A stretch of 30,654 bases of DNA from Thermomicrobiales bacterium (GCA_038232775.1 JBBSNJ010000001.1:1-30654); one strand, 5' to 3'; positions 6,118 through 14,487 are shown, numbered from the stretch's first letter. The notes: generated by a model not told the origin, from the letters alone. A program made the numbers and translations.

Positions 6118-9002
6118 TCAGGCGTCAGCAACGACTCGAGTGCGGACGGGGCTTCGTCGGGAGTGGCCTCGGCCTCGGCTCCGGCCTCGGACGACCCCAT
6201 AACGGAGATCGTCACTCGCGCGACTGGGTTCTCCCAACCGTGATCGTCCGCGGTCAACTCGCCGTCGCCTTCGATCCCCGGGTGGTCGGCGATCGCTTCG
6301 GGCGGAGAGGTCGCGACCTCTCCGCTGTCGACGTTGCCGTCGGGGTCGCCTTCGAGCATCACCGGGCCGAGCGCCGAGCAGGGATCCACCAGGTCCTCGC
6401 TGACCTCGGTGTTCTCTTCCCGGCCGGCGTCGTAGGCGTCGAGCTCGAACTCCATCGAGCCGCTCTCCGGCAGCTCGACGGAGTCCAAGCCGAGGAAGCC
6501 GTCGTTGGTGCAGATCAACATCGTCGCCAGCGAAAGGCGGTCGCCCGGCTCGGCCGCGATCTGGAAGGTCGCGGTGTCGGTGACGGGCATGCCGTTGACC
6601 ATCGCCTCGTTGCCCATCGGCGCCAGAGGCGCACCCACGTTGACGGCGTCCGTCACCCCATCCATCGCTTGCACGCTCTGGAAGAGGGGGATCGGGTCGC
6701 CGTCCTGGGCGATGGCTGCCAGCGCGTCGGAGGCTTCTCCGTCCACCTGGAATAGGTGGAGGTCTTCCCCGTGCGTCGCCGCGACCGGCGGCGAGAAGGG
6801 CTGTCCGTCGGTCAGGTTCTCGATCGTGACTTCGTAGGCGACGGTTTCGCCGTCGCCTTCGCCCGCCGCCGGAGTCGCCTCCTCGTCCTGGGCGACCGTC
6901 ATCGTTCCGGTCATGCCGAAGAAGCGCTGCGGACCGAGCGGGCTAAAGAACCGGTAGGCCCCCGGCTCCTCTGGCGCCGTGAAGACGAAGTAGGCATCCT
7001 CGCTCGGCACCAGCGGTCCCATCAGCGCGATCGGCCCGTCGGGCATCTCAACCGCGAGGCCCGACGGCGGCAACCCCGTGTTGGTGAGATGGATCGCGAC
7101 CTCGGCGCCCGGCGCGACCGAGAATTCGTTCGGGAAGAACGAGAAATCGTGGGTTTCGATCTCGACGAGCGTGGCATCGGCGGGCGGCAGTGCCACCGGC
7201 GCAACCAGCGCCTCGGCGGCGATTCCGCCTGTCTCGACCTGGACCGGCTCGGCAAAGACCTCGTTCGCCTCACCGTCGCCGTCCTCGGGCAGGGCGAAGG
7301 CGATCACGGCGTCGCCCGTCGGCGAGATTGAGCTGGAGCGAATCTGGTTGTTGCCGCCGAAGGTCATCACGACGTACTGGCGGCCGTCGACCATGTAGAC
7401 GGCCGGCGAACCGTTGGCGCCGCCGACCCCCTTGCGGTCCGGCTTGTAGGTCCAAAGGATGTCGCCGCTCTCGGCGTCGACGGCATTGAACTGACCATTG
7501 CTCTCGCCGAAGAAGACGAGATCGCCGGCGACGACCACTCCGGAGACGACCTTCTGGGGCGTCTCGATCTGCCAGGCGAGCTCGCCGGTGGTCGTGTCCA
7601 TCGCGTCGAAGAGGCCGTAGTTCTTGACGCCGGGGATGGCGTCGACCCCGGTCGAGCCGAGGCTGTTCTGGAGTTCTTCGGTCGCGTGGTAGAGCCATGG
7701 CTCGTAGCCGCCGGCCTGAATGTAAGCGTAGTTGGTGCGCGGGCTGTAGGCGCTGGCGGTCCACTCCGGACCGGCCTCGAAGCCGGGTTGGATCAGCAGC
7801 GGCTGCTCCTGGGGCGGCGTCCACATCGGAGCGGCTTCGATCCCCGGCGGCTGATTCTCGACCTCCTGCGGGATCAACGGTTCCGTGGCGGGGTTCGGTT
7901 GGGTCGAGGATGGATTCTGCCAGGACGGCTCGGTCGGCACCGCCTCTTCCTCGACGTCGTAGAGGGGCGTGCCGTCGCGGCGGTCGAGGATGAAGTAGTT
8001 GCCGTTCTTGTTGGCGTGCCCGATCGCGGGGGTTTCCTCCCCATCCTTCTCCAGGGTGAAGAGGTGCGCGGGCTGGACCGCGTCGTAGTCCCAGAGGTCG
8101 TGGTGGACCTCCTGGAAGTGCCAACGGTAGGCACCGGTCTCGAGATCGAGGGCGACGACCGACGTGGCGTACAGGTTGTCCCCGGCGCGGTCCGCGCCGT
8201 TCTCGTCGGGGGCGGCGTTGCCGGTGGTGATGTAGAGGAGCCCCAGGTCGGGGTCGGCCACCGGCGTCGACCAGACGGTACCGCCGCCGGTTCGCCACGA
8301 GTCGCCGGCCCAGGTCTCGTTCCCTGGTTCCCCGAAGCCGGGGATGGTGTAGAAGCGCCACAACCGCTCGCCGCTCTCGGCGTCGTAAGCGTCGACGAAG
8401 CCGCGGTTGAGGAACTCGCCGCCGGAGGCGCCGATGATCACCTTGCCGTCGACGAAGAGCGGCGCCATCGTCTCGGTCCACTTATCGCGCCAGTTGGCGA
8501 CCACCACCTGCCACGCGACCTCGCCGCTCTCCTCGTCGAGGGCGACGAGCTGGGCGTCGAGGCGACCAATGAAGACCTTGCCGTCGCCGACGGCGACGCC
8601 GCGGTTCGTCTGGCCGCAGCAGATCGCCAGCTCGTTCAAACTCGGCATGTCTTCCGGATTGTAGGTCCACTGCTCCTCGCCCGTGGCCGCGTCGATGGCG
8701 AAGACGTGGTCGTGCGGCGAGGCGACGTACATGGTGCCGTCGACGATGATCGGCTGGGCTTCGAAGGATGTGCTCTGGTTTGCGACGCCAGTGTGGAAGA
8801 CCCACGCCGGTTCGAGCTCCTCGACGTTGTCGGGGGCGATCTGGTCGATATCGACGTACCGCATGCCGCCGAGGTCGTTGCCGTAGTAGTTCCAGTCGAG
8901 CCCGTCGTCCGACCCAGTTGTTCCGTCCTGGGCCAGCGTCGGTGAGGGGAGCGCCAGCAGGAGTAAGGCGAAAGCGAGCGTTGCTCGGTGGGCTCTCCGC
9001 AT
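6018..9002 (-). CDS. Secreted PQQ-dependent dehydrogenase (alcohol dehydrogenase-like) fused to a cupredoxin-like domain and a spondin_N-like domain; last ~33 codons read into the IS
   Basis: ATG at 9002 with AAGGAAGG SD; signal peptide ending TLA|QD; repeated PQQ beta-propeller W motifs; ICCG, GGEF, TGN and HDLWDYD; cupredoxin-like segment about 7170-6895; spondin-like YEVTIENLT...PFSP...TNDGF...YDAG about 6840-6205. Confidence 0.85.
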   Translation of the reverse strand: MRRAHRATLAFALLLLALPSPTLAQDGTTGSDDGLDWNYYGNDLGGMRYVDIDQIAPDNVEELEPAWVFHTGVANQSTSFEAQPIIVDGTMYVASPHDHVFAIDAATGEEQWTYNPEDMPSLNELAICCGQTNRGVAVGDGKVFIGRLDAQLVALDEESGEVAWQVVVANWRDKWTETMAPLFVDGKVIIGASGGEFLNRGFVDAYDAESGERLWRFYTIPGFGEPGNETWAGDSWRTGGGTVWSTPVADPDLGLLYITTGNAAPDENGADRAGDNLYATSVVALDLETGAYRWHFQEVHHDLWDYDAVQPAHLFTLEKDGEETPAIGHANKNGNYFILDRRDGTPLYDVEEEAVPTEPSWQNPSSTQPNPATEPLIPQEVENQPPGIEAAPMWTPPQEQPLLIQPGFEAGPEWTASAYSPRTNYAYIQAGGYEPWLYHATEELQNSLGSTGVDAIPGVKNYGLFDAMDTTTGELAWQIETPQKVVSGVVVAGDLVFFGESNGQFNAVDAESGDILWTYKPDRKGVGGANGSPAVYMVDGRQYVVMTFGGNNQIRSSSISPTGDAVIAFALPEDGDGEANEVFAEPVQVETGGIAAEALVAPVALPPADATLVEIETHDFSFFPNEFSVAPGAEVAIHLTNTGLPPSGLAVEMPDGPIALMGPLVPSEDAYFVFTAPEEPGAYRFFSPLGPQRFFGMTGTMTVAQDEEATPAAGEGDGETVAYEVTIENLTDGQPFSPPVAATHGEDLHLFQVDGEASDALAAIAQDGDPIPLFQSVQAMDGVTDAVNVGAPLAPMGNEAMVNGMPVTDTATFQIAAEPGDRLSLATMLICTNDGFLGLDSVELPESGSMEFELDAYDAGREENTEVSEDLVDPCSALGPVMLEGDPDGNVDSGEVATSPPEAIADHPGIEGDGELTADDHGWENPVARVTISVMGSSEAGAEAEATPDEAPSALESLLTPERVSRKGGRMAADAGSLLGNGAPRCPAAAIPPT

Positions 9003-9451
9003 GGTCGGGATTCCTTCCTTGATCTGCGTGGCTGAGGCGGGTCGGTCGGTCTTCGTCAAAGCCCCCGTTTCTCCGCGCTCCTCGCGGTGCGGCCCGTGCC
9101 CCACGTCATCGTGGCGCGAATTGGAACCGCAGAACCGTCGGTGCCTCCGGGTGTGCGCCGAGATGGCGAATGAGTTCCACCAGCCCGCCACCATGCCGCA
9201 AGTCAGCGCCGTTCGACAACCCTCATCCGTGGTCTGGGGATGATTCGTGGAGGCCCTGAGTCTCCCCCTCGGCCCCCTTTCTCGGGGCGTGGGAGCGAAG
9301 GGAGGGCGAGCTGCGCTCCCTCGAACTCCGCTTCGGGGGGCGACCGCCGCCGGGATCACGAACACCGAGCGCCTCGGCGTGGAGTGTTGCCGCCCCGTGG
9401 AGAGGCGACGGCGCGGTGCCCACACCCCACCCCCCGAGCCTACCGGCTGGG

Positions 9452-9515
9452 AGTGAACGCGCCGGTGGCCAGTGGTGGACGATTCGGTGAACGACGGTGA
9501 ACGCAATGGTGAACG
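9452..9515. promoter_or_regulatory. Phased GGTGAACG direct-repeat array, candidate OmpR/PhoB-type binding site
   Basis: Perfect units at 9486, 9496 and 9508; variants at 9474 (GGTGGACG), 9452 (AGTGAACG) and 9464 (weak); spacings 12/10/12/10/12. Confidence 0.55.
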
Positions 9516-9816
9516 AGCCCCGCTGTTGTCCTAGTATTCGGCCAATGGCGCGGCACGAGCGGTCGGTGCGGGGCGGGAGTGCCCGAGCTCGCCGCTCGAT
9601 GACGGGCACGCCGTGTCGCGCCAAGATCGAGCCCGCGGCGCTCGCTGAGTGAGGGCCCTGGCTCCCTTCCAGGCGGCACCAGCGGGTCGGCGCGCCAAAG
9701 GGACCCTTTGGCGGGGAAGGAGCGGCCCGGCGACGCCTTCCCCCGATGAGGGACACCGGGGCGGTGAGCGATGAGCGGGGACGCGGTAGCGAGGGAACGG
9801 GACGCTGAGCGCGGAA

Positions 9817-10509
9817 TCAGCGTGCGGCGGCGAAGCGGTAGCCGACGCCCCATTCGGTCCAGATGTAACGGGGGTGTTCGGCGTCGTCGCCGAGCTTGCT
9901 CCGCAATCGCCGCACGAATACCTTCAAGTACTGGACGTCGTGGACGTAGGCGGTCCCCCACACCCGATTCAGCAGGAGCTGGTGCGGCAGGACGGTACCG
10001 GCGTGCCGGACCAACTCCTCCAGCAGGCGGTATTCGGTCGGCGTCAGCCGCACGATTTCCCCGCGAAGACGAACCTCCTGGGTCGAGAAATCGAGCGAGA
10101 AGTCGTCGCGCACGAACGACGGAGGCGCCTCGATCGTCCCGGTGGACCGGCGGAGCAGCGCTCGCAGGCGGGCGAAGAGCTCCAGAGGGTCGAAGGGCTT
10201 GGTCAGGTAGTCGTCCGCCCCGAACTCGAGCGCCCGCACCTTGTCGATCGTCGCGTCGCGGACGGTCAGCATCATGATCGGAACGTCGGAATCCTCCCGA
10301 ATTCGGCGACAGACCGCGAGCCCGTCGGGCGGCGGCATCGCGACATCGAGCACGATCAGGTCTGCCCCCTCCTCGGCGAAGGAGCGGAGCGCCTCTTCAC
10401 CGGAGGCGGCGATCGTCACCCGGCACCCCGGCCAGGTCATGCGGGCACCGAAGGCGATCGCCTCGGCCACGTCGCGGGCGTCCTCGGCGATCAAGACCCG
10501 CGGCGTCAT
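9817..10509 (-). CDS. OmpR/KdpE-type response regulator
   Basis: Receiver domain (IAED, LDVAMP, DDYLTKPF) and winged helix (RRLRSKL...WGVGYRF); ATG at 10509 overlaps the kinase TGA (ATGA); 230 aa. Confidence 0.93.
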   Translation of the reverse strand: MTPRVLIAEDARDVAEAIAFGARMTWPGCRVTIAASGEEALRSFAEEGADLIVLDVAMPPPDGLAVCRRIREDSDVPIMMLTVRDATIDKVRALEFGADDYLTKPFDPLELFARLRALLRRSTGTIEAPPSFVRDDFSLDFSTQEVRLRGEIVRLTPTEYRLLEELVRHAGTVLPHQLLLNRVWGTAYVHDVQYLKVFVRRLRSKLGDDAEHPRYIWTEWGVGYRFAAAR

Positions 10510-11789
10510 GCCAGCCCTCCGGCTTCCATCGCCGCCCAGCACGGCAAGGCGACGTGGAAGGTCGTGCCCCCGCCGGGTCGGGACTCGGCCCACACCCCGC
10601 CCCCGTGCAGCTCGACCAGGGCGCGCGTGATCGCCAGCCCCAAGCCGGAGCCGCCGCCCTCGCCGCTGAGGCGATAGAAACGTTGGAAGATCGTCTCCCG
10701 CGCCCATGACGGGATGCCGGGGCCCTCGTCGGAGACGAGGACCCGGATCTCGTCACCCACCCGGCGCCCGCTGACGTGGATACGGGTGCCGGGCGGGGAG
10801 TGAAGATGGGCGTTGGCCAGGAGATTGAGGAAGATCTGCTCCAACCGCGACGGATCGCCCGCGCATGGCAGGGGCTCATGGAGTTCCAGCTCCAGCGTCT
10901 GCTCTTTCCCTTCGATCAAGGGGTAGACCGCGGCCGTCGCGCCAGCGACGACGGTGCGCAGGTCGAGCGGCGTCCGGTCCAAACGGAGGGTTTCGGCATC
11001 GAGCCGGTTGGCGACGAGCAAGTCGTCGATCAACGCGCCGAGCCGCTCGATGTTGCGTCGGCCATTGGCCAGCAACGCCCGTTCGTCGGTCCGCAGCCCG
11101 CCGCCGATGCTGGCGTCGAGCAGGATGAGCGCGGCCCGGGCGGCGGTCAGGGGGGTCCGTAGGTCGTGGGAGACGGAGGCAACGAAGTCGGCCCGGAGGC
11201 GGTCGAGCCCTTCCAACCGCGTCGTTTCGTCGAGCATCGATTGGGCGGCGTCTTGCTCCTGGTCGAGGCGCCGCGTCAGTGTCCCCATGCCGACCCCGAC
11301 CAGACCGAGCACGACCAGGCGGGCGCTCATGGCCCGGAAGTCGGCACCCGAGCCGGTCCAGCCCGGCAACGATGGTTCGACGACCAGGGCGATGGTGGCG
11401 AGGGCACCGCTGTAGAGCAGGGTGCCGGGCAGCGTCATGAAGGCGGCCGTTTGGACCGCCGCCAGCACCAGGAGCGTGAAGAGGGGGCCGCCTGGTCCCG
11501 GACAGCCGAAGTAGACGAGCCCGACCGCCGGCAGATCGAGCAGCGCGGCGCAGGCGAAGAAGCGCCGGTCGGGGATGCGGGAGCGGAGGAGATCGAGGAG
11601 CAGATTGTAGCCGGCGAAAATCGCGACGAGTGCCCACTCCGGCAGACCCGTCCGTCCCGCCGAAGGTTGGGTCAGCGAAATCAAGAGCAGGGCCGCGATC
11701 GTCACCCAGCGCAAATGGGCGATCGACCGCACCAGGAAGCGGTCGTGCGCGGGTTTGCCGATAAATTGGATCGCGGCTAGCTGTCGCAT
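10506..11789 (-). CDS. Membrane-bound sensor histidine kinase
   Basis: Multi-TM N-terminus, H-box SHDLRTPLT, N-box NLLANA, G-boxes DEGPG/GSGLGL. Start uncertain (ATG 11789 or GTG 11837). Confidence 0.9.
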   Translation of the reverse strand: MRQLAAIQFIGKPAHDRFLVRSIAHLRWVTIAALLLISLTQPSAGRTGLPEWALVAIFAGYNLLLDLLRSRIPDRRFFACAALLDLPAVGLVYFGCPGPGGPLFTLLVLAAVQTAAFMTLPGTLLYSGALATIALVVEPSLPGWTGSGADFRAMSARLVVLGLVGVGMGTLTRRLDQEQDAAQSMLDETTRLEGLDRLRADFVASVSHDLRTPLTAARAALILLDASIGGGLRTDERALLANGRRNIERLGALIDDLLVANRLDAETLRLDRTPLDLRTVVAGATAAVYPLIEGKEQTLELELHEPLPCAGDPSRLEQIFLNLLANAHLHSPPGTRIHVSGRRVGDEIRVLVSDEGPGIPSWARETIFQRFYRLSGEGGGSGLGLAITRALVELHGGGVWAESRPGGGTTFHVALPCWAAMEAGGLA

Positions 11790-11889
11790 TGGCGTCGAGA
11801 CCGAGTTGGCACCAACCGGCACCCACGGAGCGTTCACCGCCGGTGAGCATAACCGAATCGCGCAAGTTCGGGAATGAGTGCGTTATGGT

Positions 11890-12160
11890 GCTCAGGGTCT
11901 TTTCGTTCTCGATCGATCAACGGGGGCCGGCGGCGGCCCGGACTGCTCGGGGATCAATTCCAGAGCTGAGGCGACGAACCCGGCTGAAGCCGGCTGGGGC
12001 TGGTGGGCAGGCTCGCGGGGGAGGAGGGAGAAGGAGACCCGGGTTGCGGCCGGGGCGTCGCTTTGCTTCGCCTCCACGTTTACGGGAAGCCGGCGGGTGG
12101 AGACCCTCACTCGTCGCCGATTGGCCCGGTCGAAGGTGTCTGACGCTCAGGGTCTTTTCG
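11890..12160. repeat. Exact 16-bp direct repeat GCTCAGGGTCTTTTCG at 11890-11905 and 12145-12160
   Basis: Read directly; both copies lie in the non-coding region upstream of the kinase. Confidence 0.8.
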
Positions 12161-12220
12161 CGGACGGCGAGGCCCGGCGCGTTGGCGCTCCCGGAACGGC
12201 ATCCGCCAGCGAGATCGTGC

Positions 12221-12499
12221 TCATCTCTCACGCCCCCGCCGGGCGAAGAGAGGCCGCTCGGGCGGTTCGCCCGGCACTGGGATTTGGGTCCGGACCCGCA
12301 CCCGCGACGCCGTCTCGTTGCACCCTTCCACCGGACAGAAGTAGATGAGGGTGTACTCTTCTTCCGACTGGTCCGCGAATCGCGTGGGTCGGCCCTGCTT
12401 GCCCCGCAGGCGCATCTCGGTCTTGTGGTCCGGGCAGATCGGGATCTCCGGATCGAACCGTTCCCGCCGAAAAATCACGTCGAGCACGCGCTGCACCAA
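12221..12499 (-). CDS. Small hypothetical protein with a CxxH...CxxxxC putative zinc site
   Basis: GAAGGAG SD before a TTG/GTG start; CPDH and CPVEGC; protein-like composition unlike the shadow ORFs; 92 aa. Confidence 0.7.
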   Translation of the reverse strand: MVQRVLDVIFRRERFDPEIPICPDHKTEMRLRGKQGRPTRFADQSEEEYTLIYFCPVEGCNETASRVRVRTQIPVPGEPPERPLFARRGRER

Positions 12500-12711
12500 T
12501 GCTCTCCTTCTGCTCGGACCAGCCGCCCCGCCCCCCCGGAAGGGGGAGCCCCCCGCGTGCCTCTACGGGGACGGACCGGCGCCCGACCCCGCTCGCGATG
12601 GGATCGACGGCACGCTAGTATACGGCCGCGCCGCTCCCGACCGGCGCCCCTCGTCGTTTCGCCCCGGTGCCACCGCTGCGGCTGGTCGCCCGGCCGGGAG
12701 GATGCTCGCGC

Positions 12712-13131
12712 GTGGACGATGTCCTTTCCGCCCTCCGCCTCCGCTTCGGCGACTCGTGGGGCGCCGACGACGAGACGGCGCTCCGCTTCTCGGCCGACGT
12801 CGAGCATCTGCTCCACGGTCTCGACGGCGCCCACCTCGTCGGCGACCCCGAGATCGAAGACGGCAACATTACCCTCAAGGTCTGGGTCGACCACCCCGTC
12901 AACGACCTGATGACCGCCGACCGCCTCGCCTACGAGATCTTCGGACGCCTCAGCGAGGAGATCTTTTTCGCGGAGCGCCGCTTCGAGGCCGGGGGGCTGC
13001 GCTACCCGTTCGTCACCGGCTCGCCGCGCCACGGCCACGTCGGCGCCCTCCTCCTCTTCGGGCCGCACGCCGCCGCCTTCGCCGACCGCTTCCGCCAGCG
13101 AATCTCCGGCGGTCTCCGCTACCACGCCTGA
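12712..13131 (+). CDS. Hypothetical protein (139 aa)
   Basis: GGGAGG SD then GTG; GC3-rich codons and globular composition; no family recognised. Confidence 0.7.
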   Translation: MDDVLSALRLRFGDSWGADDETALRFSADVEHLLHGLDGAHLVGDPEIEDGNITLKVWVDHPVNDLMTADRLAYEIFGRLSEEIFFAERRFEAGGLRYPFVTGSPRHGHVGALLLFGPHAAAFADRFRQRISGGLRYHA

Positions 13132-13150
13132 GCCCCGCCTCGCGCCCCTC

Positions 13151-13159
13151 TGCTAGCAT
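13151..13159 (+). promoter_or_regulatory. Extended -10 element (TG-C-TAGCAT) upstream of the ferredoxin
   Basis: Motif match about 55 nt before the ATG. Confidence 0.4.
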
Positions 13160-13214
13160 GGGCGAACGGCCGCCGGATCGACGGTGGCCGACAACGTCGA
13201 AACGAGGGAGAGCG

Positions 13215-13574
13215 ATGCCGACGGTCAAGATGGAGGGGATCGGGGAGACGATCTGCGACGACGGACGGCGGCTGGTCCTCTGCATCGAGGACGCCGGCGT
13301 CGACATCCTCCACCGCTGCGGCGGCAATGCCCGCTGCACGACCTGCCGGGTCGAGATCCTCGACGGCGAGCCGAGCCCGATGACCGACGCCGAGCGGGAA
13401 CGGTTGGAGCGGGTCGATGACCTCGCGCCGAACACCCGCCTCTCCTGTCAGGTCCAGCTCCGCGGCGACCTCTCCGTTCGCGTCCTCCGCCGCCTCCAGG
13501 ACAACCCAGAAATGACCGACCCCGGCCCGCGCCCGATCGAGTGGCCGGCCGATGGGCCACTGCCACCGGAGTAG
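13215..13574 (+). CDS. [2Fe-2S] ferredoxin
   Basis: CGGNARCTTC (C-x5-C-x2-C) and RLSCQ; GAGGGAG SD; 119 aa. Confidence 0.9.
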   Translation: MPTVKMEGIGETICDDGRRLVLCIEDAGVDILHRCGGNARCTTCRVEILDGEPSPMTDAERERLERVDDLAPNTRLSCQVQLRGDLSVRVLRRLQDNPEMTDPGPRPIEWPADGPLPPE

Positions 13575-13598
13575 CGGCGCCGTCCTCGGCAGGCGCCG
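13575..13598. terminator. Possible hairpin between convergent genes
   Basis: CGGCGCC-N10-GGCGCCG immediately after the ferredoxin stop; no U-tract. Confidence 0.3.
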
Positions 13599-13619
13599 AC
13601 TGGTCTGGGAAGGGTCCCC

Positions 13620-13970
13620 TCAGACCGTCGTCGAGTCGGCCGAGCCCGCCGCCTGCCAGAGCAGCATCGCCGTCGCCAGCGGCAGGTCGGCCGTCTTCGC
13701 ATCCGGGTCCGGCAGCGATTGGACGTAGGGGCGGAGCGCCGCGAACAGCGCCTGGACCTCCGGCTGGCTCCAGAACCGCCGGAGATTGTCCTGGACCTCC
13801 CCCTCGGCCACCGTCAGCTCCAGCGCGTAGTAGCCGCTCCCGATAAAGACCACCAACCGGTCGACGCCGGCTCCCCGTTCCAGGACGTCGATCGGGAAGG
13901 CTGCGTGCGCGGCGCGGACCGCCAGTTCGTCGCCCGTTTCCATCGTCGATACGTGGAGTAGCGTCTGCAT
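13620..13970 (-). CDS. Hypothetical protein (116 aa)
   Basis: ATG at 13970 preceded by GGGAGGCGAGGG; protein-like composition; no family recognised. Confidence 0.65.
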   Translation of the reverse strand: MQTLLHVSTMETGDELAVRAAHAAFPIDVLERGAGVDRLVVFIGSGYYALELTVAEGEVQDNLRRFWSQPEVQALFAALRPYVQSLPDPDAKTADLPLATAMLLWQAAGSADSTTV

Positions 13971-14104
13971 CCCTCGCCTCCCGCTCGTCCATGCGTGACC
14001 GCTCCGACCGTCGGCAAACGATGCACGCGATGTGCCAACCGGGGCGGCTGGATCGCCCGGCCCAGCCACGATCATTGATAACGCCGCGGCGGTTGGACAG
14101 TCCT

Positions 14105-14134
14105 TTGACACCCCCGAAGCGCGCGGCCTACACT
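14105..14134 (+). promoter_or_regulatory. Sigma70-type promoter of the SRP RNA
   Basis: TTGACA-N18-TACACT, ending 6 nt before the predicted RNA 5' end. Confidence 0.75.
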
Positions 14135-14140
14135 GGTCCT

Positions 14141-14408
14141 GGTCGTGCTAGATGGGGAGTTAGCGGTGCCCTGTACCCGCAACCCGCTACAGCGGGGTCG
14201 AATTCCCCCTCGAGGCCCGACCCTGTGGGACTGGCGGCGCCACGTAGCGTTGATGGAAGGGTCCCGCGCGGCGAGGAACGGCGAACCCGGTCAGGACCGG
14301 AAGGTAGCAGCCGTAAGTCGAACTCCTCGGGTGATGCGGGGTTGCCTGCCCGGAGCCAACGGGCGTCGAAGAAGCCGGAGGGTTGCGGTCGACAGGGGGT
14401 GCACGGCC
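14141..14408 (+). ncRNA. ffs: Large bacterial signal recognition particle RNA (scRNA type, with Alu domain)
   Basis: Helix-8 motif TCAGGACCGGAAGGTAGCAGC at 14291-14311; Bacillus-like 5' Alu region GTGCTAGATGGGGAGTTAGCGGTGCCCTGTACCCGCAACCCGCT; 5' GGTCGTGC pairs with 3' GCACGGCC. Confidence 0.92.
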
Positions 14409-14415
14409 TTCACGT

Positions 14416-14447
14416 GGACGCCCCGCTCGGTAGCGAGCGGGGCGTCC
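14416..14447. terminator. Perfect 14-bp hairpin between the SRP RNA and the convergent sdh transcription unit
   Basis: GGACGCCCCGCTCG-GTAG-CGAGCGGGGCGTCC. Confidence 0.7.
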
Positions 14448-14487
14448 TGCTGTCCGGGCCACTTCGGCAGGCCGGCGCGACGGGGGA

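Noticed and set aside
9003-9506. N-terminal extension of the PQQ ORF to 9506 (likewise to 10707, 15840, 26116 and 26709 for other genes)
   Set aside because: Downstream starts have clear SD sequences and signal peptides or domain boundaries; the extensions are low-complexity or translate repeats.
9452-9515. CRISPR or mini-array interpretation of this and the other short repeats
   Set aside because: Units are 7-8 nt with no 25-45 nt repeats or unique spacers; no cas genes.
12616-12624. Bidirectional -10 (CTAGTATAC) between the Zn-protein and 139-aa genes
   Set aside because: Plausible TATACT/TAGTAT, but no -35 or extended motif supports it.
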